From positions 114,702,001-114,766,000 of the forward strand of contig NC_086108.1 in NCBI RefSeq assembly GCF_963921235.1: a stretch of 64,000 bases of DNA. The letters are read 5' to 3'. This DNA comes from Mobula hypostoma (Eukaryota). Under the pieces are notes generated by a model that saw nothing but the letters and a program-made list of their open reading frames with translations, was not told the DNA's origin and ran no database searches. The translations under genes were made by a program, and so were the position numbers. This document shows, in pieces, positions 37,034 to 48,572 of this stretch; position 1 is the stretch's first letter; every line of letters starts with the position of its first letter.

Positions 37034-37309
37034 GTGAGGAAGAGATGACTGGGATTGTTGAGCAGTTCAGCAGAGGTGTTTGTCCCTACATCACCCTCTG
37101 CTCCACCGCCCATTCCTTCCTCCATATATCCTCAACCCTACCTTACACCGACTTATTGACTGGTGACAACCTCAGCCATTCTAGAATCCCTTCCACAGTC
37201 CAGCACCTGTTCACCCTCCCTCCCTCTCCTGACCCAACTCCTGCACCCCCACACTCTACATATCTTCAACCTTGCTGCTCATTTCCAACTCCCTCCGTCC
37301 CATTCGCAC

Positions 37310-37620
37310 AGTGCCTCCTGCTCCTTACAGCCCCTACACCCCTCCCCATCTCTGTAACCCCACTGGCCCCCTACACAAATCCCCGTTTCTGTAACCCCTT
37401 CCGGAACCCTGCACCACTTCCTGTCTCTGTAACCCTCTCAGCCCCTACATTTCTGTCTGGCTCTATAATCCCCTCAGACCCCTACATCCATCCCTCTCTC
37501 AGTAAACTCCTCCCTACCCTCTGCCCCTGCTCATCTCTATAATCCCCTCTGTCCTCTACACCGCTCCCTGTCTCTATAACACCCTCTGGCCCCTAAGCCC
37601 CTTCCTGTCTCAGACGCCCT
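37310..37620. repeat. Degenerate C-rich tandem repeat (~36 bp)
   Basis: Recurring ctctgtaacccc...gcccctacac units. Confidence 0.6.
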
Positions 37621-37978
37621 TTGCTCCTCTCAGAAGCTGCCTGAACAGTGCCCTGGTGTAGAGGTGGGGTGTGTGGGCCTGATGGGGATTACTGCATTAA
37701 AGGTGCTATATAAATGCAAGTTACTGTTGAGAGGGTCACACTTTAACTATGGACCCAATGGACCCCAGAAGGTTATGAGTGTCCCAGTTAAGTCAGTGAC
37801 AGTGGTCATGTTTGTAGTCCTGGAGTCATTGCCACAAATCAGGCCCTTGAGTTCACTGACCCCATGCTGACCATGAAGCACTCTTCATAATATTGTAAAA
37901 TTTGATAACTTGATGTCTCATTCAGAGATCCCCATGGTTCTGCCCCAGGCTGTCTGTAGGCTTATATCTGACACAGTC

Positions 37979-38195
37979 TTTAAACCCACCAGGGCCCTGT
38001 TTCCCTCTCTCTTTAAACCCATTGGAATCCTGTCTCCTGCTCCCTTAGGGTCCCAATAGGTTTAATCTCCTGCTCCCTTTAAACCCACCAGGACCTTGCA
38101 TCCCGCTCCCTTTAAACCCACCGGGACCCTGTTTCCTGCTCCATTTAAACCCATTGGGACCTCGTCACCCACTCTCTTTAAACCCACGGGGGCCC
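37979..38195. repeat. Degenerate ~33-bp tandem repeat upstream of exon 3
   Basis: Recurring tttaaacccac/att...gggaccctgtttcctgctccc. Confidence 0.65.
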
Positions 38196-38292
38196 CGGTT
38201 TAATGGAGGTGTAAGAGTGGGGGATTTGGACTGGAAAGTGAAAATCACCACCTTTCACAGTTGACACTGGCTTAGTGTCTCTCTCTCTGCAG

Positions 38293-38378
38293 CTCGGATG
38301 AAGCCTTCGGCAAAGTGAACATGAACTATCGGACGGAGAACGGACTCTCCCTACTTCACCTCTGCTGTATCTGTGATG
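38293..38378 (+). CDS. TNNI3K: TNNI3K coding exon 3 ([29 protein letters not shown])
   Basis: Acceptor ctctctctgcag|, donor G|gtgagt; 86 nt; frame continues from exon 2. Confidence 0.97.
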
Positions 38379-40553
38379 GTGAGTCCCACTCAGCACCACC
38401 CCTACCCCTGTGTGGGTGGAGCAGTGCCTGTACAGCCAATACCCAAGTGTTAGCATTCTCACCTCATATGCAGACCACTCTGTGGTTTCACGCACCCCCC
38501 CCATCTCTCCCAACACATTCTACAATGTCTACAAAGTCCATCACAGGTAAAGCCCTCCCCACCCCACTGAGCACATCTACATGGAGAGCTGTCACAGACA
38601 AGCAGCGTCTATCATCAAGGACCCCACCTCCCAGGTCATGTTCTCTTCTCGCTACTGCCATCAGGAAGGAGGTACAGGAGCCTCAAGGTTCGGAAAGAGT
38701 TATTACCCATTAACCAGAGGTCCATGAGCCAGTCCTCATCAGATGATCAGAGGTGGAGAGGGTCGTAAACTTTAAATACCTCAGTATTTCAGAGGACTGT
38801 CCTGGGCCCAGCACAAAAGTGTAATTAGGAAGTAAGAACAACAGTGCCTCTACTTCCTTATGAGTTTGCAAAGATTTGGCATGACTTCTTAAACTTTGAC
38901 AAATTTCCATAGATGTGTACTGAAGAGTATATTGATTGGCCTCTTCATCTCATGTTCTCAATATTTATTGCTTATTTATTTATTTTTTATTATTACTTCA
39001 ATGGCATTTTTTGTTTCTGTGTATTTACTGTGAAAGCCCGTAGGAAAATGAATCTCAGGGCTGTGCGTGGTCACGTATATATGTACTTTAATAGTAAGTT
39101 TACCTACAAGTTTTTGAACTTTGAATGCCGGTGACCAACCAGAGTCTGCCTCCCTCAAAATCTCAAAGTAAATTATCAAAGAGCGTATATGTCACCAAAT
39201 ACAACCCTGAGATCCATTTCCTTGTGGCTATTCATAGTAGAACAAGTGAATGCAATAGAATTAATGAAAAACTACACTCACAAATTTTGACAAACAACCA
39301 ATGTGCAAAAGAAGACAAGTTGTGCATATACAAAAATAAACAAATAATAATGATAAATAAATCATACTGAGAACATGAGTTGTAGAGCCCTTGACAGTGA
39401 ATCTATAGATGTGGAATTGAGTGAAGTTATCCACACTGCTTCAGGAGTCTGATGGTTGAAGCACAGACCTATAGGTTGTGGAATCAGTTCAGTGATGTGG
39501 TGAGTGAAGTTATCCATGATGGTTCGGGAGCCCGATGGTAGAACCACAGAAACAGGTCATTCCCAGTAATTCCACGCTGACCCTTTTTGTCCATCTACTT
39601 TAAAGTAAGTTCAAACTTCAAAGCAGATTTATTATCAAAGTATGTATGTCACCATGTGCTACCCTGAGATTCTTTTTCTTGTGGGCAATCGCCGTAAGTA
39701 CAAAGAAACACAACAGAATTAATGAAAAATACAAAAAGAAGAATAATAATAAAAATAGTTTAATCTCCACAATCTCTCCTCCTACGTCACGTTATATATG
39801 TTATGGGAGGTCTACAAGTTCCTGAAAGAACAGAATCAGAATCAGATTTAATATCACTGACATATGTCATGAAATTTGTTGTTGTTTTGGGGCAGCAGTA
39901 TCGTTCAATACGTAGCAATTAAAAACTATAAATTACAAAAGCTATATTTTTTAAAAAATTAGATGGGTAGTACAAAAAAGAGGAAAGATAGTGAGGTAGT
40001 GTTTGTGGGTTCATTGTCCATTCAGAAATCTGATGGCGGAGGGGAAGAAGCCATTCCTGAAATGTTGAATGTGAGTCTTCAGACCTCTGTACCTCCTCCC
40101 TGACGGTAGCAATGAGAGATGGGGCATGTACTGGCTGATGGAGGTCTTTAATGATGGATGTCCCTTCTTGAGGCATGACATCTTGAAGATGTCCTGGATG
40201 CTGGGGACGTTGGACATGTACACACTCCCTTGGAAATCAGGTCCGCCCATGCCTCAAGTCCAACTCAACCAGCAATCAAAGAGGACAGCAGAAAGCCAAC
40301 GAGCCAGAGTCAGATTTAATTTCATACATAATGAAATCTGTTGCTTTGCGGCAGCAGTACATTGCAATGTATAATAATAAAAACTATTAATTACAATAAG
40401 CATATAAATTAAATAAGCGATACAAAAAAGAGGGAAATAAATAGTGAGGTATTGTTAACAACAGGAATTCTGCAGATGCTGGAAATTCAAGCAACACACA
40501 TCAAAGTTGCTGGTGAACGCAGCAGGCCAGGCAGCATCTCTAGGAAGAGGTAC

Positions 40554-40589
40554 AGTCGACGTTTCAGGCCGAGACCCTTCGTCAGGACT
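40554..40589 (-). ncRNA. Minimal type I hammerhead ribozyme, intact core
   Basis: Minus strand agtc-CTGACGA-agg-gtctcgg-cct-GAAAC-GTC-gact. Confidence 0.85.
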
Positions 40590-41392
40590 AACTGAAGGAA
40601 GAGTGAGTAAGGGATTTGAAAGTTGGAGGGGGAGGGGGAGATCCAAAATGATAGGAGAAGACAGGAGGGGGAGAGATGGAGCCAAGAGCTGGACAGGTGA
40701 TTGGCAAAAGGGATACGAGAGGATCATGGGACAGGAGGTCCGGTAAGAAAGACAAGGGGGGGGGTGACCCAGAGGATGGGCAAGGGGTATATTCAGAGGG
40801 AGAAAAAGGAGAGTGAGAGAAAGAATGTGTGTATAAAAATAAGTAACAGATAGGGTACGAGGGGGAGGTGGGGCATTAGCGGAAGTTAGAGAAGTCGATG
40901 TTCATGCCATCAGGTTGGAGGCTACCCAGACGGAATATAAGGTGTTGTTCCTCCAACCTGAGTGTGGCTTCATCTTTACAGTAGAGGAGGCCGTGGATAG
41001 ACATGTCAGAATGGGAATGGAATGTGGAATTAAAATGTGTGGCCACTGGGAGATCCTGCTTTCTCTGGCGGACAGAGCGTAGATGTTCAACAAAGCAGTC
41101 TCCCAGTCTACGTCGGGTCTCGCCAATATATAAAAGGCCACATCGGGAGTACCGGACGCAGTATATCACCCCAGCCGACTCACAGGTGAAGTATTGCCTC
41201 ACCTGGAAGGACTGTTTGGGGCCCTGAATGGTGGTAAGGGAGGAAGTGTAAGGGCATGTGTAGCACTTGTTCCGCTTACATGGATAAGTGCCAGGAGGGA
41301 GATCAGTGGGGAGGGATGGGGGGGACGAATGGACAAGGGAGTTGCATAGGGAGCGACCCCTGCGGAATGCAGGGGGGGGGAGGGAAAGATGT

Positions 41393-41656
41393 GCTTAGTG
41401 GTGGGATCCCGTTGGAGGTGGCGGAAGGCTTAGTGGTGGGATCCCGTTGGAGGTGGCGGAAGGCTTAGTGGTGGGATCCCGTTGGAGGTGGCGGAAGGCT
41501 TACTGGTGAGATCCCGTTGGAGGTGGTGGAAGGCTTAGTGGTGAGATCCCGTTGGAGGTGGCGGAAGGCTTAGTGGTGAGATCCCGTTGGAGGTGGCGGA
41601 AGGCTTAGAGGTGGGATCCCGTTGGAGGTGGCGGAAGGCTTAGTGGTGAGATCCCG
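41393..41656. repeat. 35-bp tandem array (7 full copies and 1 partial) at the PLE inversion junction
   Basis: Unit gcttagtggtgggatcccgttggaggtggcggaag starting at 41393, 41428, 41463, 41498, 41533, 41568, 41603 and 41638 (partial). Confidence 0.95.
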
Positions 41657-42483
41657 CCACTAAGCACATTTTTCCCTCCCCCCCCCCCCGCATTCCGCAG
41701 GGATCACTCCCTACGCAACTCCCTTGTCCATTCGTCCCCCCCATCCCTCCCCACTGATCTCCCTCCTGGCACTTATCCGTGTAAGCAGAACAAGTGCTAC
41801 ACATGCCCTTACACTTCCTCCCTTACCACCATTCAGGGCCCCAAACATTCCTTCCAGGTGAGGCAACACTTCACCTGTGAGTCGGCTGGGGTGATATACT
41901 GCGTCCGGTGCTCCCGATGTGGCCTTTTATATATTGGCGAGACCCGACGCAGACTGGGAGACCGCTTTACTGAACATCTACGCTCTGTCCGCCAGAGAAA
42001 GCAGGATCTCCCAGTGGCCACACATTTTAATTCCACATCCCATTCCCATTCTGACGTGTCTATCCACGGCCTCCTCTACTGTAAAGATGAAGCCACACTC
42101 AGGTTGGAGGAACAACACCTTATATTCCGTCTGGGTAGCCTCCAACCTGATGGCATGAACATCGACTTCTCTAACTTCTGCTAATGCCCCACCTCCCCCT
42201 CGTACCCCATCTGTTACTTATTTTTATACACACATTCTTTCTCTCACTCTCCTTTTTCTCCCTCTGTCCCTCTGAATATACCCCTTGCCCATCCTCTGGT
42301 TCCCCCTCCCCACCTCCTTGTCTTTCTTCCCGGACCTCCTGTCCCACGATCCTCTCGTATCCCTTTTGCCAATCACCTGTCCAGCTCTTGGCTCCATCCC
42401 TCCCCCTCCTGTCTTCTCCTATCATTTTGGATCTCCCCCTCCCCCTCCAACTTTCAAATCCCTTACTCACTCTTCCTTCAGTT

Positions 42484-42519
42484 AGTCCTGACGAAGGGTC
42501 TCGGCCTGAAACGTCGACT
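42484..42519 (+). ncRNA. Minimal type I hammerhead ribozyme, intact core
   Basis: agtc-CTGACGA-agg-gtctcgg-cct-GAAAC-GTC-gact; predicted cleavage after C42515. Confidence 0.85.
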
Positions 42520-42928
42520 GCACCGCTTCCTAGAGATGCTGCCTGGCCTGCTGCGTTCACCAGCAACTTTTAAGTGAGGTATTGTTCATTGGTTCATTGT
42601 CCATTCAGAAATCTGATGGTGGGGGGGACGAAGCTGTTCCTGAAATGTTGAGTGTGTCTCTTCAGGCTCCCGTACCACCACCTTGATGCTGGCAACGAGA
42701 AGCGGGCAAATACTGGTCCTTGATGCCTTTTTGAGGCATCGCCTTTTGAAGGTGTCCACGATGCTGGGAAAACTCGAACCCATGATGGAGCTGGTTGAGT
42801 ACAATCTTCTGCAGCTGTTAATGATCCTGTGCAGTGGCCCCTCCATACCAGACGGTGATGCAACCAGTTAGAATGCTCTCCATGGTACATCTGAAGAAAT
42901 TTGCAAGTGTCTTTGGTGACATACAAAT

Positions 42929-43398
42929 CGTCGAAGAATCTACCATGTTTTACCATATTTTATTGTAAAAGAATTTACCCAGTAATCAAACAGAAATAAA
43001 GACACAGACCTTGGTATATGGTTAAGCCACAGGGAGCTGTTGCCTTACCATTTTGTCAACTTCAGGTTACATCTAAAATTTATACAGTAAAGTTTGGGCA
43101 ATAGCCAACAGCTAAACATACTTATTGAACGAATTCAAGAAGCACTTGTTAGATATCAGCCAGTTGACAAATGTCTCTGTGCGGTGCACAACATTAGAAC
43201 TGCATGTCCACATTCACTTCCCCTATTAGCCAGACAAAGACCGCCAATACCTCATTATTGGCATGGCCTATTGTTAGCTGGCACACGCAAGACAGAGTCT
43301 GTGTCTTATCCTGTCACTCTCATGACCCAAATCTTGGGTAATGCTTAGCTAGTCAAGCTTGACAACAAAAGTTAATTCAAAATTTAATTTTTCCCACA
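42929..43398 (-). mobile_element. Candidate solo LTR inserted into a Rex1 fragment
   Basis: Minus strand begins TGTGGG, has a TATA-like gtataaat (~43079-43086) and AATAAA (42958-42963), and ends ...cttcgaCG (CA expected); the Rex1 host resumes on both sides; TSD not clean. Confidence 0.45.
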
Positions 43399-43634
43399 CC
43401 AGTTCTCCTCATACTCCTAAGGAAATATAGCTGCTGTCATACCTTCTTTGTAATGGCATCCCAGTTGAGTCCCCAGGGTAGACCCTCAGAGATGTTGGCA
43501 CCCAGGAACTTGAAATCGCTCACCCTTTTCACTGCTGATCCTTCACCAGAGTGGTGTGTGTTCCTTCAACTTCCCCTTCCTGAAGTCCACTATCAACCCC
43601 TTGGTCTTCCTGACACAAGACTTGAAGGAAGTAA

Positions 43635-44585
43635 GACAATAGACAATAGGTGCAGGAGTAGGCCATTCGGCCCTTTGAGCCAGCACCGCCATTCACTGTG
43701 ATTATGGCTGATCATCCACAATCAGTACCCCGTTCCTGCCTTCTCCCCATATCCATTGACTCTGTTATCATTAAGAGCTCTATCTAACTCTTTCTTGAAA
43801 GCATGCAGAGAATTGGCCTCCACTGCCTTCTAGGCAGAGCATTCCACAGATCCACAACCCTCTGTGTGAAAAAGTTTTTCCTCAACTCCGTTATAAATGG
43901 CCTACCCCTTATTCTCAAATTGTGGCCTCTGGTTCTGGACTCCCCCAATATCTGGAACATGTTTCCTGCCTCTAGCGTGTCTAATCCCTTAATAATCTTA
44001 TATGTTTCAATCATATTCCCTCCCATTCTTCTAAATTCCAGTGTGTACAAGCCAAGTCGCTCCAATCTTTCAACATATGACAGTCCCGCCATCTCGGGAA
44101 TTAATCTCGTGAACCTCCACTGCACTCCCTCAATGGCAAGAATGTCCTTCCTCAAATTTGGAGACCAAAACTGCACACAATATTCCAGGTGTGGTCTTAC
44201 CAGGGCCCTGTACAACTGCAGAAGGACCTCTTTGCTCCTATACTCAACTCCCTTGTTATGAAAGCCCACATGCCATTAGCTTTCTTCACTGCCTGCTGTA
44301 CCTGTATGCTTACTTTCAGTGACTGATGAACAAGGACACCAAGAACTCATTGTACTTCCCCTTTTCCTAACTTGACACCATTCAGATAGTAATCTGCCTT
44401 CTTGTTCTTGCCACCAAAGTGGATAACCTCACATTTATCCACATTAAACTGCATCTGCCATGCATCTGCTCACTCACCCAACCTGTCCAAGTCATCCTGC
44501 ATTATCTCAACATCCTCCGCACATTTCACACTGCCACCCAGCTTTTGTGTCATCTGCAAATTTGCTAATGTTACTTTTAATCTTT
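43635..44585 (-). mobile_element. CR1 LINE 3' fragment
   Basis: ORF 43784-44269 (EYRSKEVLLQLYRALVRPHLEYC...KNFFTQRVV); (acaatag)n tail. Confidence 0.88.
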
Positions 44586-45044
44586 GTCTTACTTGATTAT
44601 ACTGGCAGAAGTCCATTCAGTCCACTGGGGAGGTTCTGGCTCTGTGAGAGGTCTCTCCATCCACCCCACTCCCACATGCTCTTCCCTACAGCCCTGCACA
44701 CAAGAGCAGAGGAAAAAGGAGCAATAAGTGGTCACTCAGCCCTTCAAGTTTGTCCCACCAATCGTAGCGTCATGTAGTCACAGAGCACAGGAAAAGGCTT
44801 TTCAGCCCAACTGGACTGTGCTGAACAAGATCCATTTTGGATGCATTTGGCCCATATCCCTCTAAATCTTTCCTATCCATGTCACTGTCTCAGAACCTTG
44901 TAAATGTTGTTAATGTACCTGCCTTGACCATTTTCTCTGGCAGCTTGTCCCCTGCACAAACCACCCTCTGGTTCCCTCCCTTCTAATTTTCAAGCTCAGG
45001 ATTAGACCTGGGTGTTCGGTGTTCATGCTGTCGTTTGTTAACAG

Positions 45045-45142
45045 GGAACAAGGCACACGTGAGGACCTTGATGCTGAAAGGTCTCCGCCCCTCCCGGCTC
45101 ACCAGGAATGGATTCACCGCTTTGCACCTGGCTGCGTACAAG
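45045..45142 (+). CDS. TNNI3K: TNNI3K coding exon 4 ([33 protein letters not shown]), ankyrin repeat
   Basis: Acceptor tttgttaacag|, donor AAG|gtgagt; 98 nt; GFTALHLA ankyrin motif. Confidence 0.97.
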
Positions 45143-46432
45143 GTGAGTGTGATGGGTTCCTCCCCATTACAGTGGGGCTGCAGCGTCTCCACACAGGGCT
45201 GCTGCGTCCTGGCTCCAGAGACCTCCGGTTCAAGATGTAAGATTGCTCATTGTACATAGAATGCAGAACAGGCCCTTCAGCCCACCATGTTGTGCTGGCC
45301 AGAATTATTATTCAGGATTATTATTACTGACAAATCTGAAATTTGTTGTTTTGCAGCAGCAGTAAATTACTATAAGTTGCAATAAGAAATGCAAAAACTA
45401 TTTATGCAGAAAGAGAGCATAAAATGGTGAGGTAGTGTTCATGGGTTCATTGTCCATTCAGAAACCTGATGGCAGAAGGGAAGAAGGTGTTTTCTGAATC
45501 ACCTCAAGCTCCCGCACCACCTCCATAGTGGTCGGAATGAGAAGAGGAAGCATGAATTGAATGATGGGGGCCTTGTCTTTAATGGTGGATGCCACCTTTT
45601 GAAGATGTCCTCGGTGGTGTGGTGGAGAACCCCCAGGATAGAGTTGGCTGAGTTTACAACTTCCTGCAGCTTTTTCTGATCCTGTGCACTGGCTCCGCCA
45701 TACCAGATGATGATGCAACCAGTTAGAATGCTCTCCACGGAATCTCTGTAGAAATTTGCTAGTCTTTCTTATTAAGTTCTGCGGAGGCCAAGTCATAGGG
45801 TGTATTTAAAGCGGAGGTTGATAGGTTCTTGATTTGTCTGGGTATCAAAGGTGACTGGGAGAAGGCAGGAGAATGGGGTTGGGAGGGATGATAAATCAGC
45901 CACGATGCAATGGTGAAGTGGACTTGATGGGCCGAATGGCCTAATTCTGCTTCTATCTGTAATTGTATTATGGTCTAAGTGATTTATTTTTGAACAAAAG
46001 GTTGTGTCTCCAGGGCAGAGATCTGTGAAAAGTGTACTCTGTGGGCTGGGGCCACAGTCAGTGAGGTAGCAGAGTGAGGTGGTGATTTAAACCATGTCCC
46101 ATCTATTCCACACCGTGATCAGTAAAGTGTCCTGTGTAACAACAGCAGCAAACTGTTACAACCCACTAATCAATGAGACTAATTGGGTTAATTACATCCT
46201 GACAGATGTTCTGGTACAGAGGGACATCCTTCACTGATTTCTTAAACACTGTAAATATATTAACAATTACCCAGTCTCACTTTGTGACTCATTAATGGTT
46301 GTAATGAGTAGCCAGTGTTTCCCAGATGGGAATGCCTTCTGTGATAGAGGTCTCCTTCAAAGGTGGGGAGGGTTGTGCCTATGGTGACACCAGAGTGGTG
46401 TGTGCTCTTCCATGTGGCACCAGTGTGGGTTG

Positions 46433-46772
46433 TGGTGTGTGTGTGTGTCTGTCTGTCTCCCTGTCTCCGTGTGTGCATGTGTGTGAGAGTCTGCCTGTCT
46501 CAAGGTCTCATTGTGTGTGTGCATGTATGTGTCTGTCTCCATCTTAGTGTGTATGTATGTGTCTGTCTCCGTCTTAGTGTGTGAGTCTGTCTGTCTCCCT
46601 GTCATGGTGAGTGTGTGTGTGTGTGTCTGTCTGTCTCCCTGTCATGGTGAGTGTGTGTATGTGTCTGTCTCCATCTTAGTGTGTATGTATCTGTCTGTCT
46701 CCCTGTCATGATGAGTGTGTGTGTGTGTCTCCCTGTCATGGTGAGTGTGTCTGTCTGTCTGTCTGTCTCCAT
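46433..46772. repeat. Compound (GT)n/(GTCT)n microsatellite with a ~40-bp superstructure, just upstream of exon 5
   Basis: Repeating gtgtgt...ctgtctgtctccctgtcatggtga and ctccatcttagtgtgtatgtat blocks. Confidence 0.85.
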
Positions 46773-46817
46773 GGGTACAGGGCTCCATTGGTGATGGCCT
46801 CTGGCTCTCGTCCACAG

Positions 46818-46928
46818 GCAAGCTCTGACCTGGTGACTGCTCTCCTCCACGGTGGTGCTGACATTCAGCAGGTGGGCTACGGAGCACTCACTGCTCTGCA
46901 CATCGCCACCATCGCCGGTCACAGTGAG
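46818..46928 (+). CDS. TNNI3K: TNNI3K coding exon 5 ([37 protein letters not shown]), ankyrin repeat
   Basis: Acceptor ctcgtccacag|, donor GAG|gtaagg; 111 nt, phase 0-0. Confidence 0.97.
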
Positions 46929-47737
46929 GTAAGGGCCTTCCGACTCCATCTGGGCCATTCAATATTTGATGGGTTTCAATGAGATCCCCACTCATTCTTC
47001 TAAACTCTATTGAATACAGGCCCACAGCTTGCAAATGCTCCTCATACATTAACCCTTTCATTACCGGGAGCATTCTCATGAACTTCCTCTGGACCCTCTC
47101 CAATGCTAGCACATCTTTTCTTCAATAAGAGGTCCAAAACAATATTCCAAGTATGGTCTGACCAATGTCTTATGAAGCTTCAGCATGACATCCTTGCTTT
47201 TATATTCTAGTCCTCTTGAAATGAATGCTAACATTGCATTTGCCTTCCTTACCACCGACTCAGCCTGCAAGTTAACCTTTAGTGAATCCTGCACGAGGAC
47301 TGCCAAGTTCCTTTGCACCTCTGATTTCTGAGTTTTCTCCATTTAGAAAATAGTCCATGTATTTATTCCTTCAATGAAAGTGCACGACCGTACACTTCTC
47401 TATACTGTATTTCATGTGCCTCTTCTTTTCCCGTTCTCCTATTGACAAAGTCCTACTGCAGACTCCCTGCTCCCTCAGCACTACCTGCCCCTCCAGCTAC
47501 CTTCGTATCATCCACAGTATCTGAAGTAAACTAGCTTTATTACAGATTATCTTTATTTGTCACACGTACATGCAGTGAGCTGTGCAGTTTGCATCAACAA
47601 CCAGCACAGTCGAAGATGTACTGGGGCAGCCTGCAAGTGTCTCCATGCTTACTAACCCTAACCTTTGGAATGTGGGAGTAAACCAGAATACCCGGAGGAA
47701 ACCCACGTGGTCATGGGGAGAACATGCAAACTGCTTA

Positions 47738-48253
47738 AGGCTGATTTATACTTCTGCGTCAACTCGACGCCGTAGGTACGGCATCACCGCAAACCCAACG
47801 CAGTGCCTACGCGGATCCCTACGCCGTAGCCTGACATGCACCTCTTCCAAAATGTAACACCGCGTCGCGGCAACGCAGACCACAACGACTGTGACTGGTC
47901 TGCTTGGTAGCATCGCATTTCCTCCTACGCTGCAATAGCTTCCCATTGGGTGACTGAAAGACAGGGAAGGAACTCTGGCTGCAATGCTTTCCATAAAGCT
48001 TTACAGACCTCTGAAATTATGGAGGACACATTTCGCTTTTACGAAAAAAAGATGCTCACTTTAAACTTGTTTACCCCGAGAAAGACTACCACGACCACGA
48101 AGCCTTACACGGGCAGGTGTGTGAGCATGTGCGACATGCCCGAATTGTAGAGCGACGCAGACACACCAACACACAAGTATAAATGCTGACAATGCACGTA
48201 GGCCACTTACGTAGGTTACGGCGTCGAGTTGACGCACAAGTATAAATCAGCCT
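47738..48253. mobile_element. PIF/Harbinger-type MITE, copy 3 (516 bp), inserted in a V-SINE-like repeat
   Basis: 37-bp TIR aggctgatttatactt(c/g)tgcgtcaactcgacgccgta with one mismatch; TSD TTA at 47735-47737 and 48254-48256; no transposase. Confidence 0.88.
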
Positions 48254-48473
48254 TTACAGTCAGTTAACAGAAATTGAACCTCAACCTGTGATCACTGGAG
48301 CTGTAAATCATTACGTTAACCGCTATACTACTGTGCCACTGTTTGACCCTTGAACAAGGAGACAGTGACCAGGAAAGACCCCCCCCCCACCTCCAGCACC
48401 TGCCCCCCCACCCCTTTACGGACACCGCCCCACACCCCCTCGCCTTCTAATCATGTTTGGTTGCTCTCTGCAG

Positions 48474-48572
48474 ACTGTTGATATCCTCCTCCAACACGGT
48501 GCTTTTGTCAATGTGCAAGATGCCGTCTTCTTCACTCCTCTGCACATCGCCGCTTACTTCGGCCACGAGCAG
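48474..48572 (+). CDS. TNNI3K: TNNI3K coding exon 6 ([33 protein letters not shown]), ankyrin repeat
   Basis: Not in the ORF track; read manually. Acceptor ctctctgcag|, donor CAG|gtatcc; 99 nt, phase 0-0. Confidence 0.97.

Larger units (their letters stand above)
40457..42572. mobile_element. Penelope-like element, fold-back insertion 3, with a GIY-YIG domain in each arm
   Basis: ORFs 40876-41202(-) and 41858-42184(+): FTCES..VIYCVRCSRC..YIGETRRRL..RF.EH (GIY-YIG with CCHH-type motif); TSD AGTGAGGTATTGTT at 40443-40456 and 42573-42586. Confidence 0.93.

Noticed and set aside
41393..41656. CRISPR-like 35-bp repeats
   Set aside because: Units are contiguous with no unique spacers, there are no cas genes, and the context is a vertebrate retroelement.
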